DNA of 47,534 nt from Candidatus Enterousia sp. (GCA_045635705.1 JAZTWE010000006.1:1-47534), one strand, 5' to 3'. Counted from the first letter of the stretch, positions 16,527 through 26,150 are shown. The notes: a model not told the origin generated them from the sequence alone. Made by a program: numbers and translations.

Positions 16527-19500
16527 ATGTCATATCCAAAAACAGACCCACGTGCTAATTTCCCAAAACTAGAACACAAGTTATTAGCATACTGGCGTGA
16601 AAATGATACATTCCATAAATCGTTGGATAAAACAAAGTCTGGACGACCATTCTCGTTCTTTGATGGTCCGCCATTTGCGAATGGTTTGCCACACTGGGGA
16701 CATTTGGGTGTGTCGGTTGTCAAAGATATGATTTCGCGTTTCCAGACAATGTCTGGGCATCATGTTAGACGTGAACTGGGCTGGGATTGCCATGGTTTGC
16801 CAGCGGAAAATTCCGTTGAAAAAAAGGTTGGCAAATCCGCCAAAGATATTGTTGCAAATGATGGTATTGCGGCATTTTGTGATATGTGTCGCAGCGATGT
16901 TATGACATATACAAATGAATGGAATGCCTTTATTTCGCGTATGGGTCGTTGGGTTGATATTGGCGATGGATATGGTTATAAAACAATGAACAAAGACTAT
17001 ATGGAATCCATGCTGTGGACATTAAAGTCTTTGTATGAAAAAGGGTTATTGTACAAAGATTACAGTGTCAATCCATTTGACTGGGTAAATGGAACGGTTG
17101 TATCTAATTCCGAAGCGTCCCAGGATTATCGTGAAATTGTTGATGATGCGGTAACGGTTTGGTTTGAACTGGAAAATGGCGATCGTGTAATTGCGTGGAC
17201 GACAACACCATGGACATTACCGGCTAATTCTGCATTGGCGGTAAATCCAAATATGATATACCTGCGCATGCAGGATGATGACGGTGCGGTTTATGTTGTT
17301 GCAGAAAGCCGCTTGAAGGCATATGAAAAACAATTTGCAAACGCAACGGAAATAGGGCGTATAACCGGGGCTGAATTGGCAGGCATGCATTATACGCCAT
17401 TGTTCCCATACTATGCGGGTCAGTCTGATTTATTGTTCCAGGTTATCCCAGCGGATTATGTATCTGATTCTGACGGTACAGGTATTGTTCATATTGCACC
17501 GGCCTATGGTGCCGACGACTTCTGGGCAGCAAAGAATATTGACCCAAAGTTTCCGGTTTTATTAAATGTTGATAATTATGGGAACTTTGATGAAACGGTA
17601 ACTGATTTTGCAGGTCAGAATATATTTGCTGCAACACCGGCGATATTGGATTGGTTAAAAACAAACGGTCGTTTGGTTAAGAAAGAACAATACAAACACA
17701 GTTATCCATTTGGTGACCGCAGCAAAGAAAAATTAATCTATCGTGCGACTGACTCTTGGTATATCGATGTGCCAAAGGTCAAAGACAAATTGATTGCAAA
17801 TAACGCAAAAGTTAATTGGACAAGTGCGGGTGAACGTTTCCGTTCATGGATTGAAAATGCGCGTCCGTGGTCAATTTCACGAAATCGTTTCTGGGGGATG
17901 CCATTGCCAATTTGGGAACGCGACGGCGAATACAAAGTATTTGGGTCAATCGCAGAACTGGAAGAATTCTTTGGGGTTACAATCGAAGATTTACATCGTC
18001 CAACATTGGACAGACTGGAAAAAGACGGTTGGAAACGTATCCCAGATGTACTGGATTGCTGGGTTGAATCGGGTTCTATGCCATGGGCATCGTTGCATTA
18101 TCCGTTTGAAAACAAAGAACGGTTTGAGGCAACTTTCCCCGCTGATTATATTATCGAAGGACAAGATCAAACACGTGGTTGGTTCTATGCGTTGATGGTT
18201 TTGGCGACAGCGCTATTTGACAAGCCGGCATTTATGGCGGTATCTGCAAATGGTATGATTGTTGATGAAAACAAGAAAAAGTTTTCGAAATCATTAAAGA
18301 ACTTTGTTAACCCAGAACAACAGATTGAACAATACGGTGCAGATGCCATCCGTCTGTTTGTGCTGGGGTCAAACTTTATGAAAGCAGAACCAGTTCCGGT
18401 TGATAAAGAAGGAAAAGTATTCATTGAATCAACAAAAACAATTCAAACACCACTGTGGAATGCGTATCACTTCTTTACACTTTACGCGAACGCGGGTGGT
18501 GTTGTTGCGCATGAAATGGCAACCCCGACAACTGCGCTGGATAAATATATCTTGGCTGAATTAAATGTCTTGATTGATGTTGTGAAAAATTCACTGGATG
18601 AATATAAGCCGGATGTTGCAATCAAAGAATTTGTTCGGTTCTTGGATATTTTGAATAACTGGTATATCCGTCGTGGTCGCGCACGTTTTTGGGACGAAGA
18701 ACAAGATGCGTTCGACACATTATACACTGTCCTGACGACATTTTGTCGTGTTTTGGCTCCATTTGCACCATTTGTATCAGAATACATTTATCGCAATTTA
18801 ACGGGGGCAGAATCCGTGCATCTAACAGATTTCCCTGTTGCGCAAAAATTTGATGCAAAAATTGTTGATGATATGCGTCGTGTACAGTCAATTGTTTCAA
18901 CTGGAAAACAGTTGCGCGAACAGTACAAATTGCGCAATCGTTTACCATTGGCAGATATGACAATTGCAGGTGCGAATTTAAGTGAATATGCCGACATTAT
19001 TCGTGACGAATTGAATGTAAAAAATATCCAATTTGTTGAAAATATTGATGATGTTGCAGATTCTTTTATTTATCTGATTACGCCACGGATTGGGGCGCGT
19101 TTGGGTGGTGCACTAAAAGAAATTATCCCAGCGGTTAAACGTGGTGATTATGATTTGGTTGGTGACAAATTGGTCGCAGCGGGTCACACATTAAATTCGG
19201 ATGAATTTGAAAATCGCCTGACTGTAAAGGATGGTATCACAGGTGCCGCATTACCTGATAATACCGCTGTTGTAGTATTGGATACAAATGTTACAGCGGA
19301 CTTGGTCGCCGAAGGGCTGGCAAACGATGCCCTGCGCTTTATCCAAGATACGCGCAAGGCTGCCGGCCTGGATGTATCCGACCGTATTGTTTTGTCGTAC
19401 GCGGGCGACCCTGCAATTGTCAGCGCAATTGACCAACACAAAAAACGCATCATGCACGAAGCGTTGATTGTTGAAATGGTTCCGGCTGACGGCGAATATT

Positions 19501-19550
19501 CGACCGAAATCGAAGGATATAACCTGAACATATCTGTAAAAAAAGCATAA
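16527..19550 (+). CDS. ileS: Isoleucyl-tRNA synthetase, type 2 (eukaryote-like) form
   Basis: 1007 aa. The start MSYPKTDPRANFPKLEHKLLAYWRENDTF and PFANGLPHWGHL (HIGH region) are typical of type-2 IleRS. KFSKS (KMSKS) is present; no C-terminal zinc-finger extension as in the E. coli type. GGAG lies upstream of the ATG. Confidence 0.93.
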   Translation: MSYPKTDPRANFPKLEHKLLAYWRENDTFHKSLDKTKSGRPFSFFDGPPFANGLPHWGHLGVSVVKDMISRFQTMSGHHVRRELGWDCHGLPAENSVEKKVGKSAKDIVANDGIAAFCDMCRSDVMTYTNEWNAFISRMGRWVDIGDGYGYKTMNKDYMESMLWTLKSLYEKGLLYKDYSVNPFDWVNGTVVSNSEASQDYREIVDDAVTVWFELENGDRVIAWTTTPWTLPANSALAVNPNMIYLRMQDDDGAVYVVAESRLKAYEKQFANATEIGRITGAELAGMHYTPLFPYYAGQSDLLFQVIPADYVSDSDGTGIVHIAPAYGADDFWAAKNIDPKFPVLLNVDNYGNFDETVTDFAGQNIFAATPAILDWLKTNGRLVKKEQYKHSYPFGDRSKEKLIYRATDSWYIDVPKVKDKLIANNAKVNWTSAGERFRSWIENARPWSISRNRFWGMPLPIWERDGEYKVFGSIAELEEFFGVTIEDLHRPTLDRLEKDGWKRIPDVLDCWVESGSMPWASLHYPFENKERFEATFPADYIIEGQDQTRGWFYALMVLATALFDKPAFMAVSANGMIVDENKKKFSKSLKNFVNPEQQIEQYGADAIRLFVLGSNFMKAEPVPVDKEGKVFIESTKTIQTPLWNAYHFFTLYANAGGVVAHEMATPTTALDKYILAELNVLIDVVKNSLDEYKPDVAIKEFVRFLDILNNWYIRRGRARFWDEEQDAFDTLYTVLTTFCRVLAPFAPFVSEYIYRNLTGAESVHLTDFPVAQKFDAKIVDDMRRVQSIVSTGKQLREQYKLRNRLPLADMTIAGANLSEYADIIRDELNVKNIQFVENIDDVADSFIYLITPRIGARLGGALKEIIPAVKRGDYDLVGDKLVAAGHTLNSDEFENRLTVKDGITGAALPDNTAVVVLDTNVTADLVAEGLANDALRFIQDTRKAAGLDVSDRIVLSYAGDPAIVSAIDQHKKRIMHEALIVEMVPADGEYSTEIEGYNLNISVKKA

Positions 19551-19575
19551 GGTTAAAAATATGGATAACTATTGT

Positions 19576-19779
19576 ATGAAATTCTTTTATGCGGAAAAAC
19601 ATTCAGACCCCTATGGGTGTCCGTCGTTAATGCGCTATAGCGGCGTTTGTAAAAAGACCGACAAGTGTCCGTATAAAATGGAACTAACGCTTGCTGAATG
19701 GGCGATACTGGATAACCTGCGTATTGTAAAGCAGCAGAACCAGGAATTATTGGATTTGATGAAACCGCAAACAAGATAG
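19576..19779 (+). CDS. Small 4-Cys module protein (one module plus helical tail)
   Basis: MKFFYAEKHSDPYGCPSLMRYSGVCKKTDKCPYKMELTLAEWAILDNL... ORF open from 19561. Shares the MKF-x-Y start and CP...G-x-CK...CP module with the next gene. Confidence 0.5.
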   Translation: MKFFYAEKHSDPYGCPSLMRYSGVCKKTDKCPYKMELTLAEWAILDNLRIVKQQNQELLDLMKPQTR

Positions 19780-19792
19780 TAAAGGATAAAAC

Positions 19793-20206
19793 ATGAAATT
19801 TCCATACTTATACTGTGGCAATATCGGGACAAAGTGTCCTGAAAAGTTGCCCGATGGTCGTTGTAAATTAACCGAACGCATCCCAGACGTGGAACGTTGC
19901 CCTGATTCTGTTGTGGTTGAAAACCCGGAAAGCGGATTCTTGATTAAGTACCTGTATAATATTCGCAGTGGCACGCCACGCATTATCACAACAACGACCC
20001 AGCCAATGCAGACATATCCAAACAATCTGTATTGCACACAGATTGACCGGGCCTGTCCACATCAAACGCCGGGTGGTAAATGCAAACTGCATGAAAATAT
20101 CCCATGTGCGGCAGATTGCCCGAATGAAATTTATTTAACCGAAGAAATGGAATTGATAACGCGCCTGTTGCAATTTGTTCATCGTGATAAAGATAAACAG
20201 AAATAA
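19793..20206 (+). CDS. Small Cys-module protein (two tandem copies of the same module)
   Basis: YLYCGNIGTKCPEKLPDGRCKLTERIPDVERCP and NLYCTQIDRACPHQTPGGKCKLHENIPCAADCP are internal repeats. The stop abuts the nth ATG. Confidence 0.55.
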   Translation: MKFPYLYCGNIGTKCPEKLPDGRCKLTERIPDVERCPDSVVVENPESGFLIKYLYNIRSGTPRIITTTTQPMQTYPNNLYCTQIDRACPHQTPGGKCKLHENIPCAADCPNEIYLTEEMELITRLLQFVHRDKDKQK

Positions 20207-20845
20207 ATGAAACTGACACCGCAAAGATATTTTGAATTAGTGCCGCCGACTGTTGATATGACAATTCGGTCGGAACTGTATCACACCAATGAATTTAACT
20301 TTGCGGTGGCGGTTATCTTATCGGCCCAGGCGACGGACAAAAAAGTGAACGAAGTCACACCCGAACTATTTCGCATCGCCCCCACACCACAAAAAATGCT
20401 GGATTTGGGAATTGATGGGCTGCGTGAACATATACGCGTTATTTCATTCTTTAATAACAAGGCGAAAAACATTATTGCATTGGCGGAAAAATTAGTTGCT
20501 GAAAATATGACCGAAACATTTCCCGCCAAATATCATAACCGTGACGCGTTGATGAAATTGCCCGGCATTGGGCAAAAGACTGCAAATGTTGTCTGTAATG
20601 TTTTATGGGGTGCACCAAATATTGGCGTTGATACACATGTTTTTCGCAATGCGCATCGATATGGCTGGGTTGATGATATCGACAATACCCCTGAAAAGGT
20701 CGAAGCAAAATTATTAAAGAAAATTCCAAAAAAATATCATCCGATTGTAAATCATGTAATGGTTTTGCATGGCCGATATGTGTGCACGGCACTGCGCCCA
20801 AAATGCGAAAAGTGTCCTGTAGCAAAATGGTGTCCGGCAAAATAA
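20207..20845 (+). CDS. nth: Endonuclease III (DNA glycosylase/AP lyase)
   Basis: HhH-GPD motif LMKLPGIGQKTANVV, catalytic-region VDTHV, and C-terminal 4Fe-4S ligands C-x6-C-x2-C-x5-C (CTALRPKCEKCPVAKWC). Confidence 0.92.
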   Translation: MKLTPQRYFELVPPTVDMTIRSELYHTNEFNFAVAVILSAQATDKKVNEVTPELFRIAPTPQKMLDLGIDGLREHIRVISFFNNKAKNIIALAEKLVAENMTETFPAKYHNRDALMKLPGIGQKTANVVCNVLWGAPNIGVDTHVFRNAHRYGWVDDIDNTPEKVEAKLLKKIPKKYHPIVNHVMVLHGRYVCTALRPKCEKCPVAKWCPAK

Positions 20846-20868
20846 AAACGCCCAACGGGCGTTTTTTT
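20846..20868. terminator. Bidirectional terminator
   Basis: AAAAACGCCC-AAC-GGGCGTTTTTTT between convergent nth and lpxI. Confidence 0.75.
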
Positions 20869-21700
20869 ATTCGTCCAATGCCATAATAAATATTCCCAAT
20901 TTGTCGGCCTGTTTAATCACAGCGGGTTTATTTACAATAAAGCATGTTTTTGTATTAACGACAATCCCGCGCAGGTTTGCCGCGGCAACCGCGTTCACGG
21001 TATCAACACCAATCGCAGGAATATCAATGCGTAAATCTTGGCCAGGTTTTGTCATTTTCGCGAACACACCGCTTTTGCGTTTGCGCGCACTGCGCATCGC
21101 GACCACGCGTTCCAGCATTTTTGCAGTACCTTCGGCGGCCTCTACGGCGATGACCTGTTTGTCGACAACAACAGATGCCCCGATATCTGCCACGCCGATT
21201 GTGTGTGAAACCTCTATGGCGCGGTCAATATTTTTCTTGTCCGCCGCGGTTGGTTTTGTTTTTGTCTGAATGCCGGCCACCTCGAATGTTAATTCAGGTG
21301 CGATATCCTGGGCGGCGACAATTTCAAATCCGCGTTTTTCCAGTGCCTTGTTTAATGCAACAGCCATTGAATCATACCCCCGTTGATTTTTTAAGATACT
21401 AATTAACACCCCCAGTGACCATAAATCTGGGCGAATATCTGACAGGTTTGGATGCCCCAGTGCGCCGACAAATGTGACCTTGTGTATTCCGCGTTTGCGC
21501 ACCGCGCGCACCGCCGCCCCGGCACCGCCCAGGCGAATTACCATATCGGGGTTCAGGCGCATGTCTACAAAGTTTTTCAACCCCACAACAAACACATCCC
21601 ATCCCGCACGCACCAGCGCATCCCGCGTAAAAAACGGCAGGTCCAACGCCCCAGCCACCAGTGCAATTTTCTTGTCATTATTTTGTTTTTTCATACCCAT
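20867..21700 (-). CDS. lpxI: UDP-2,3-diacylglucosamine pyrophosphatase LpxI (DUF1009)
   Basis: IALVAGALDLPFFTRDALVRAGWDVFVVGL..., DIGASVVVDKQVIAVEAAEGTAKMLERV and KMTKPGQDLRIDIPAIGVDTV match the LpxI family layout. ORF open to 21730. Confidence 0.8.
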   Translation of the reverse strand: MGMKKQNNDKKIALVAGALDLPFFTRDALVRAGWDVFVVGLKNFVDMRLNPDMVIRLGGAGAAVRAVRKRGIHKVTFVGALGHPNLSDIRPDLWSLGVLISILKNQRGYDSMAVALNKALEKRGFEIVAAQDIAPELTFEVAGIQTKTKPTAADKKNIDRAIEVSHTIGVADIGASVVVDKQVIAVEAAEGTAKMLERVVAMRSARKRKSGVFAKMTKPGQDLRIDIPAIGVDTVNAVAAANLRGIVVNTKTCFIVNKPAVIKQADKLGIFIMALDE

Positions 21701-21776
21701 TATGGTACGCGTAAATGTGACTGGAATCAAGTTTCAATTTATGATAAAATTATTACAATAATAATAGGCACACAAA

Positions 21777-22541
21777 ATGAAGAAAATATATAGTTTCGCT
21801 TTTTTTACATCGTTATTACTGACGGCCACGGCCAATGCCGGCTATGACAGTAATCGCTTTCAGTCTGAAATTATGCAGGGTCTGGACCTGATAAGTGCGC
21901 GAACAACAGTTGTTGAAGAGGTTGCACCCGGCGAACTGGGGCGTGAGGTTTATGAAATCGCGACTGCGGTTGATATGCCTGAAATTCAGATGTTTATTCC
22001 GACCACAATGTATGTTCGCATGGGTGGCGGCCTGAATTTGGGCTTTGCCACGACCAAGGCCGCATACAACGGTGCTGAATATGAATCATCAGGCAGTTAT
22101 AGTACCCAAATCGGATTGGGGTGGAATCTGTCATCGTATGTTCGTACAGAAATTGATTTCCAGGCATCGACATTTACATTTTCTGACCTGACTGACATGC
22201 AGGCGACATCTAAAACGATTGGCGGAATGTTGTATTTTGACTTTGCCCGTCGTTATGTCCAGACTGGTGACATTACCCGTCGTCGCACATTTGTTCCATT
22301 TATGGGATTGGGTGCGGGCGTTGGTGTTTATGAATTCGAAGGTGCCGGTGGTGCCGACGGTGCGCTGATTGCGGCCCCACGCGCGACACTTGGGTTTAAT
22401 GTAATGTTTACTGATTTGATTGGCATTGATATTGCCTATCAGTACCAGATGATTATCGGCAATGGTTTTGGTTGGGATACGCGTGCGGGTGGCGTTGACA
22501 ACATCAGTAATCTGATGGCGACATTTCGTGTGAATTTCTGA
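21777..22541 (+). CDS. Outer-membrane beta-barrel protein (Omp25/OmpA-TM-like)
   Basis: Signal peptide MKKIYSFAFFTSLLLTATANA, alternating aromatic/Gly beta-strand pattern, C-terminal ...MATFRVNF (terminal Phe beta-signal). Confidence 0.7.
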   Translation: MKKIYSFAFFTSLLLTATANAGYDSNRFQSEIMQGLDLISARTTVVEEVAPGELGREVYEIATAVDMPEIQMFIPTTMYVRMGGGLNLGFATTKAAYNGAEYESSGSYSTQIGLGWNLSSYVRTEIDFQASTFTFSDLTDMQATSKTIGGMLYFDFARRYVQTGDITRRRTFVPFMGLGAGVGVYEFEGAGGADGALIAAPRATLGFNVMFTDLIGIDIAYQYQMIIGNGFGWDTRAGGVDNISNLMATFRVNF

Positions 22542-22556
22542 TAAAGGGTTAAACAG

Positions 22557-23210
22557 ATGAAGACAAAATTATTCTTATTCGCGTTGTGTTTTTTACCGAT
22601 GGCGGCGAATGCCGCGATACCTTATCGCGTGGAACAGGTTAAAATGCCCGATCCAATAACCCCCACCGGCTATGATGCCGAGGCTTTGGCCCGTCTAAAA
22701 AGATTCTATATCGGGGGCAGTTATAACTTTTCCCTGTGGCAGGACTACACCAATGACAAAGATATGCATGCCAGTGGAAAAAATTCTTCTGGGTTTGATG
22801 TTGTTGCCGGGTTGCGCCTGTATGATATTTTCAGACTAGAAGCGAACTATATCCACACCGATGTAAAATATGATGTCTTTTCTTTGACTGGTGACATGGC
22901 AATGTTAAACGCAATATTTGATGCGCGCATTGATAACCTGTATCGCATATTCCGCAGCCAAATGTTGGTTCCGTATGTCGGACTGGGTGCTGGTTTATCG
23001 TGGAATCGTGCCGCCGATGATGTAAAACTGGATAAAAAGATAACGCCTGTATTGGCGGCGTTGGCGGGGCTGTCGGTTGAATTTAATGATATCTTTGCCC
23101 TGGATTTTGGGTACAAGTATTTTTATATGTTTGACCCCCAGGCTGATGTTATGCCTGATATAAACCCAACCGCGCACCAGTTTCGCGTTGGTGCCCGCCT
23201 GCATTTCTGA
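22557..23210 (+). CDS. Outer-membrane beta-barrel protein
   Basis: Signal peptide MKTKLFLFALCFLPMAANA, beta-strand pattern, C-terminal ...FRVGARLHF. Confidence 0.7.
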   Translation: MKTKLFLFALCFLPMAANAAIPYRVEQVKMPDPITPTGYDAEALARLKRFYIGGSYNFSLWQDYTNDKDMHASGKNSSGFDVVAGLRLYDIFRLEANYIHTDVKYDVFSLTGDMAMLNAIFDARIDNLYRIFRSQMLVPYVGLGAGLSWNRAADDVKLDKKITPVLAALAGLSVEFNDIFALDFGYKYFYMFDPQADVMPDINPTAHQFRVGARLHF

Positions 23211-23221
23211 TAGGGAAAATT

Positions 23222-24145
23222 ATGAAATCTTGTCCGTTTTTTGGAAAATGTGGCGGTTGTAAATTTGATTTTACAGCCGCCAATTATCGTGAACAAAAGG
23301 TCACAGAACTAAACTCTATCCCGCAATTGGGTGCGCCCGTTTGGATTGCGCCGGGGTTGCGTCGTCGTGCTGACTTTTGCTTTGCGGGCAATGATTTTGG
23401 TTTTTTTGAACGTGGGTCCAAGAATATTATACCGGTGCGGGATTGTCCGAATTTATCCGCGGAAATAAACAGTGTGTTGCCACACTTGGCACAACTGCCA
23501 TGGGCGGGCGCGGGCAGTTGCCTGGTCACCCAGTGTGATAATGGCATTGATGTTTATGTCACCAGTTCTGTTCCATATTTTCCGCCTGAATTTCGTGATG
23601 CGGTATTGAAATTACCGGTAATAAGATTTGTGTGGAACGATAAAGTTATTAAACAGTCTGAACAACCGATAATAAGTTTTGGTGATGTGTCCGTGGAATA
23701 CCCCAGTGGCGCATTTTTGCAGCCAACGGTTTCAGGGGCGGATGCGTTGCGTGATATGGTTGTGTCCCGTGCATCTGGCGCGCGCCGTGTTGCAGATTTG
23801 TTTTGTGGACTGGGAAATTTTACCTATGCCTTGTCGGCTGATGGATTTGATATTGTTGGTGCGGGTGTAAAGCGGGATTTGTTCAAAAATCCACTGACTG
23901 TTGGGATGCTGAATACATACGATTGTGTTGTTATGGATCCGCCGCGTGCGGGTGCAATGGCACAGTGCAAAACATTGGTTCACAGTACTGTTCGTCGCAT
24001 TATTTATGTGTCGTGTAATCCGGCGACTTTTGCCCGTGATATGGATATACTGACCCGTGGTGGATATAAATTAACGGAATTGACACCTGTGGATCAATTC
24101 GTGGGCAGTCATCATTGGGAACTATTTTCTGTATTTGATAAATAA
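23222..24145 (+). CDS. SAM-dependent RNA (uracil-5-)-methyltransferase, TrmA/RlmD family
   Basis: N-terminal Cys cluster CPFFGKCGGCKF, SAM motif DLFCGLGNFT, VVMDPPRAG, and catalytic region IIYVSCNPATFARD. Confidence 0.8.
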   Translation: MKSCPFFGKCGGCKFDFTAANYREQKVTELNSIPQLGAPVWIAPGLRRRADFCFAGNDFGFFERGSKNIIPVRDCPNLSAEINSVLPHLAQLPWAGAGSCLVTQCDNGIDVYVTSSVPYFPPEFRDAVLKLPVIRFVWNDKVIKQSEQPIISFGDVSVEYPSGAFLQPTVSGADALRDMVVSRASGARRVADLFCGLGNFTYALSADGFDIVGAGVKRDLFKNPLTVGMLNTYDCVVMDPPRAGAMAQCKTLVHSTVRRIIYVSCNPATFARDMDILTRGGYKLTELTPVDQFVGSHHWELFSVFDK

Positions 24146-24155
24146 GATTGTGTTG

Positions 24156-25115
24156 TTATACAACCTCGGTCACGGCGCGCAGTGCCCCGTCACGGGACAG
24201 TTGCACGACCCGGATTTTCTTTTTCATTTCCGCGATAAGTTCTGTGCGGTTATACGCCGGCTGGGTATGCAGGATTCTATCTGCGAATGCGGCGTATGCA
24301 GCCTCGGCTGATTCTGCGTGAATTGTTGTATAAAAGTGGTCGTGCCCCGTCCCCAGCATTTCCCACAGAACAGATGCGTTGTCTGTTGAAATTTCACCGC
24401 CAATAATAACATCAGGTGTCATTCTGACAACCAAATCCAACAGGCGCGCGTAATTAAAGTCATTGGTCTGTTCGGTGCGCGATAAAACAAAGTGTACACG
24501 ATTTGCCTGGGGAACGCGTATTTCGCGCGCGTCTTCGACCGTGATAACACGGCTGTTTTTATCAATCAGTGTCAACAGGTGATTCAAAAATGTGGTTTTC
24601 CCAGTTGCGGTTGCACCACTAATCAAAATAGGACTGCCGTCATTTATTGCGGTCATCAGTCGGTCGTACGGGTCGTCCGGGCGCACATTTTCGCGTGGCT
24701 TTACCCGCATCAGTGGTCGTCCGCGTGCCAATCCATAGTCTGACAGTTCGATTTCTGCGGCATTTCCGCCACGAATATTCATTGCGACGCCACCCGTCAC
24801 ATCGTGTTCGTCGTATTGAACATTTGGACCTGCGATTGCGGTAAATCTGTGATTGCCCGGCAGGGTCGCATACACAACAGGCATTCCATGAATTGGGTCA
24901 AATGGTCGTTCATAAATATTTGCCACCGTATGAATCAGGTCAACCAGGTATTGTTTTGATAAAACCTCTGACTGATATGAAACCCACGGAACGCGCGCCC
25001 CGTGCAGGCGCATCCACACTTCGCCCGCATGGTTAATTGCGATTTCTTCTACAAACGATGGTTTATAGAATTCTTCCAATGGTCTTAACAAAGATTCCAG
25101 AACAACATTTGACAT
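24156..25115 (-). CDS. VirB11/TrbB-family secretion ATPase, solitary
   Basis: EEIAINHAGEVWM (VirB11 N-domain), Walker A ILISGATATGKTTFLN, VITVEDAREI, DLVVRMTPDVIIGGEI, and His box GHDHFYTTIHAES. ORF open to 25151; AAGGGG precedes the ATG at 25115. Confidence 0.75.
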   Translation of the reverse strand: MSNVVLESLLRPLEEFYKPSFVEEIAINHAGEVWMRLHGARVPWVSYQSEVLSKQYLVDLIHTVANIYERPFDPIHGMPVVYATLPGNHRFTAIAGPNVQYDEHDVTGGVAMNIRGGNAAEIELSDYGLARGRPLMRVKPRENVRPDDPYDRLMTAINDGSPILISGATATGKTTFLNHLLTLIDKNSRVITVEDAREIRVPQANRVHFVLSRTEQTNDFNYARLLDLVVRMTPDVIIGGEISTDNASVLWEMLGTGHDHFYTTIHAESAEAAYAAFADRILHTQPAYNRTELIAEMKKKIRVVQLSRDGALRAVTEVV

Positions 25116-25191
25116 CCCCTTAATTTTACCATAAATCCACCCTTGAATCAAAAAGGTTTATTTGATAAAATCAAAAAAAAGAGAGATTGCT

Positions 25192-25755
25192 ATGAAAAAA
25201 TCTATTTTGTTTTGTCTGTGTGGTGCATTGTTCTTGGCGGGATGTGTATCGTCATCTGATACCCCATACAACACGCGCGATTTTGCCCAGGGTGGTGCCG
25301 ATGCGCCATTGTATAACGAACGCACCAGTGATTTTATGCAGGCTGACAACCAATACGCAAACATCGATTCATACAAGCCGAAAACAGCGGCTGAAATCGA
25401 ACAGAGCAATAATCGCTGGAACACATCGCGTGTTGAAACGCGCTGGCAAGAATACAAGGGAACAATGGTTCGTGTGCAAATCTTGCTGGGCAATACCGAT
25501 ATGCGTGAAATGCGCCTGCGCATGATGCAGAATGCTGATGGTATGGATGTTGATGGTGATGCGCGTACAATTTTGGCCGCGGTTGCAGATTATGAAATGA
25601 AACGTGTATGTGGCCGCAATGCTGACAGTATCGTTATGGTATACGACCAACCTTCGTTTGAGGCTATGCGCCCAACCCCATATTTTGATTATAGAATCGA
25701 AGCCGAGGGCGCAACAATGCGTGAATACGGTTTCCGTTGTGTGTATAACAATTAA
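25192..25755 (+). CDS. Lipoprotein of unknown function
   Basis: MKKSILFCLCGALFLAGC has a lipobox (L-A-G-C). ORF open from 25162. Confidence 0.65.
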   Translation: MKKSILFCLCGALFLAGCVSSSDTPYNTRDFAQGGADAPLYNERTSDFMQADNQYANIDSYKPKTAAEIEQSNNRWNTSRVETRWQEYKGTMVRVQILLGNTDMREMRLRMMQNADGMDVDGDARTILAAVADYEMKRVCGRNADSIVMVYDQPSFEAMRPTPYFDYRIEAEGATMREYGFRCVYNN

Positions 25756-25771
25756 ACAAAAAGGATAAAGG

Positions 25772-26098
25772 ATGAAAAAAATGATGTCTGTTTTGGGTAT
25801 GTTTGGTGCATTGGCTTTGGCGGCATGTGGTAATAACGGTGCCGAAAATGGTGACACAGTTGTTATTAATTTTGCCGGCTTCCTGGATGGTGTTCAGTTC
25901 GAAGGTGGCACCGCCGAAGGATTCCCATTAACATTGGGCAGTGGCCAGTTCGTCCCAGGGTTCGAAGAACAGTTGATTGGCGCCGTCAAGGGCGAAGAAC
26001 GCGATGTAAATATCACATTCCCTGAACAGTATGTTGCCGGATTGGCGGGTAAATCCGTTGTATTCAAGGTCAAGGTTGTTGACATCGTTGAAAAATAA
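25772..26098 (+). CDS. Lipoprotein carrying a trigger-factor-type FKBP peptidyl-prolyl isomerase domain
   Basis: Lipobox LALAAC, then [44 protein letters not shown]...[22 protein letters not shown]. This closely parallels the trigger factor PPIase domain consensus. Confidence 0.75.
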   Translation: MKKMMSVLGMFGALALAACGNNGAENGDTVVINFAGFLDGVQFEGGTAEGFPLTLGSGQFVPGFEEQLIGAVKGEERDVNITFPEQYVAGLAGKSVVFKVKVVDIVEK

Positions 26099-26116
26099 TC
26101 ACGATATTTAATAAAT

Positions 26117-26149
26117 AAAAAACGCTTGGGTTAATCCCAAGCGTTTTTT
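26117..26149. terminator. Bidirectional terminator
   Basis: AAAAAACGCTTGGG-TTAAT-CCCAAGCGTTTTTT. Confidence 0.8.
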
Positions 26150-26150
26150 A

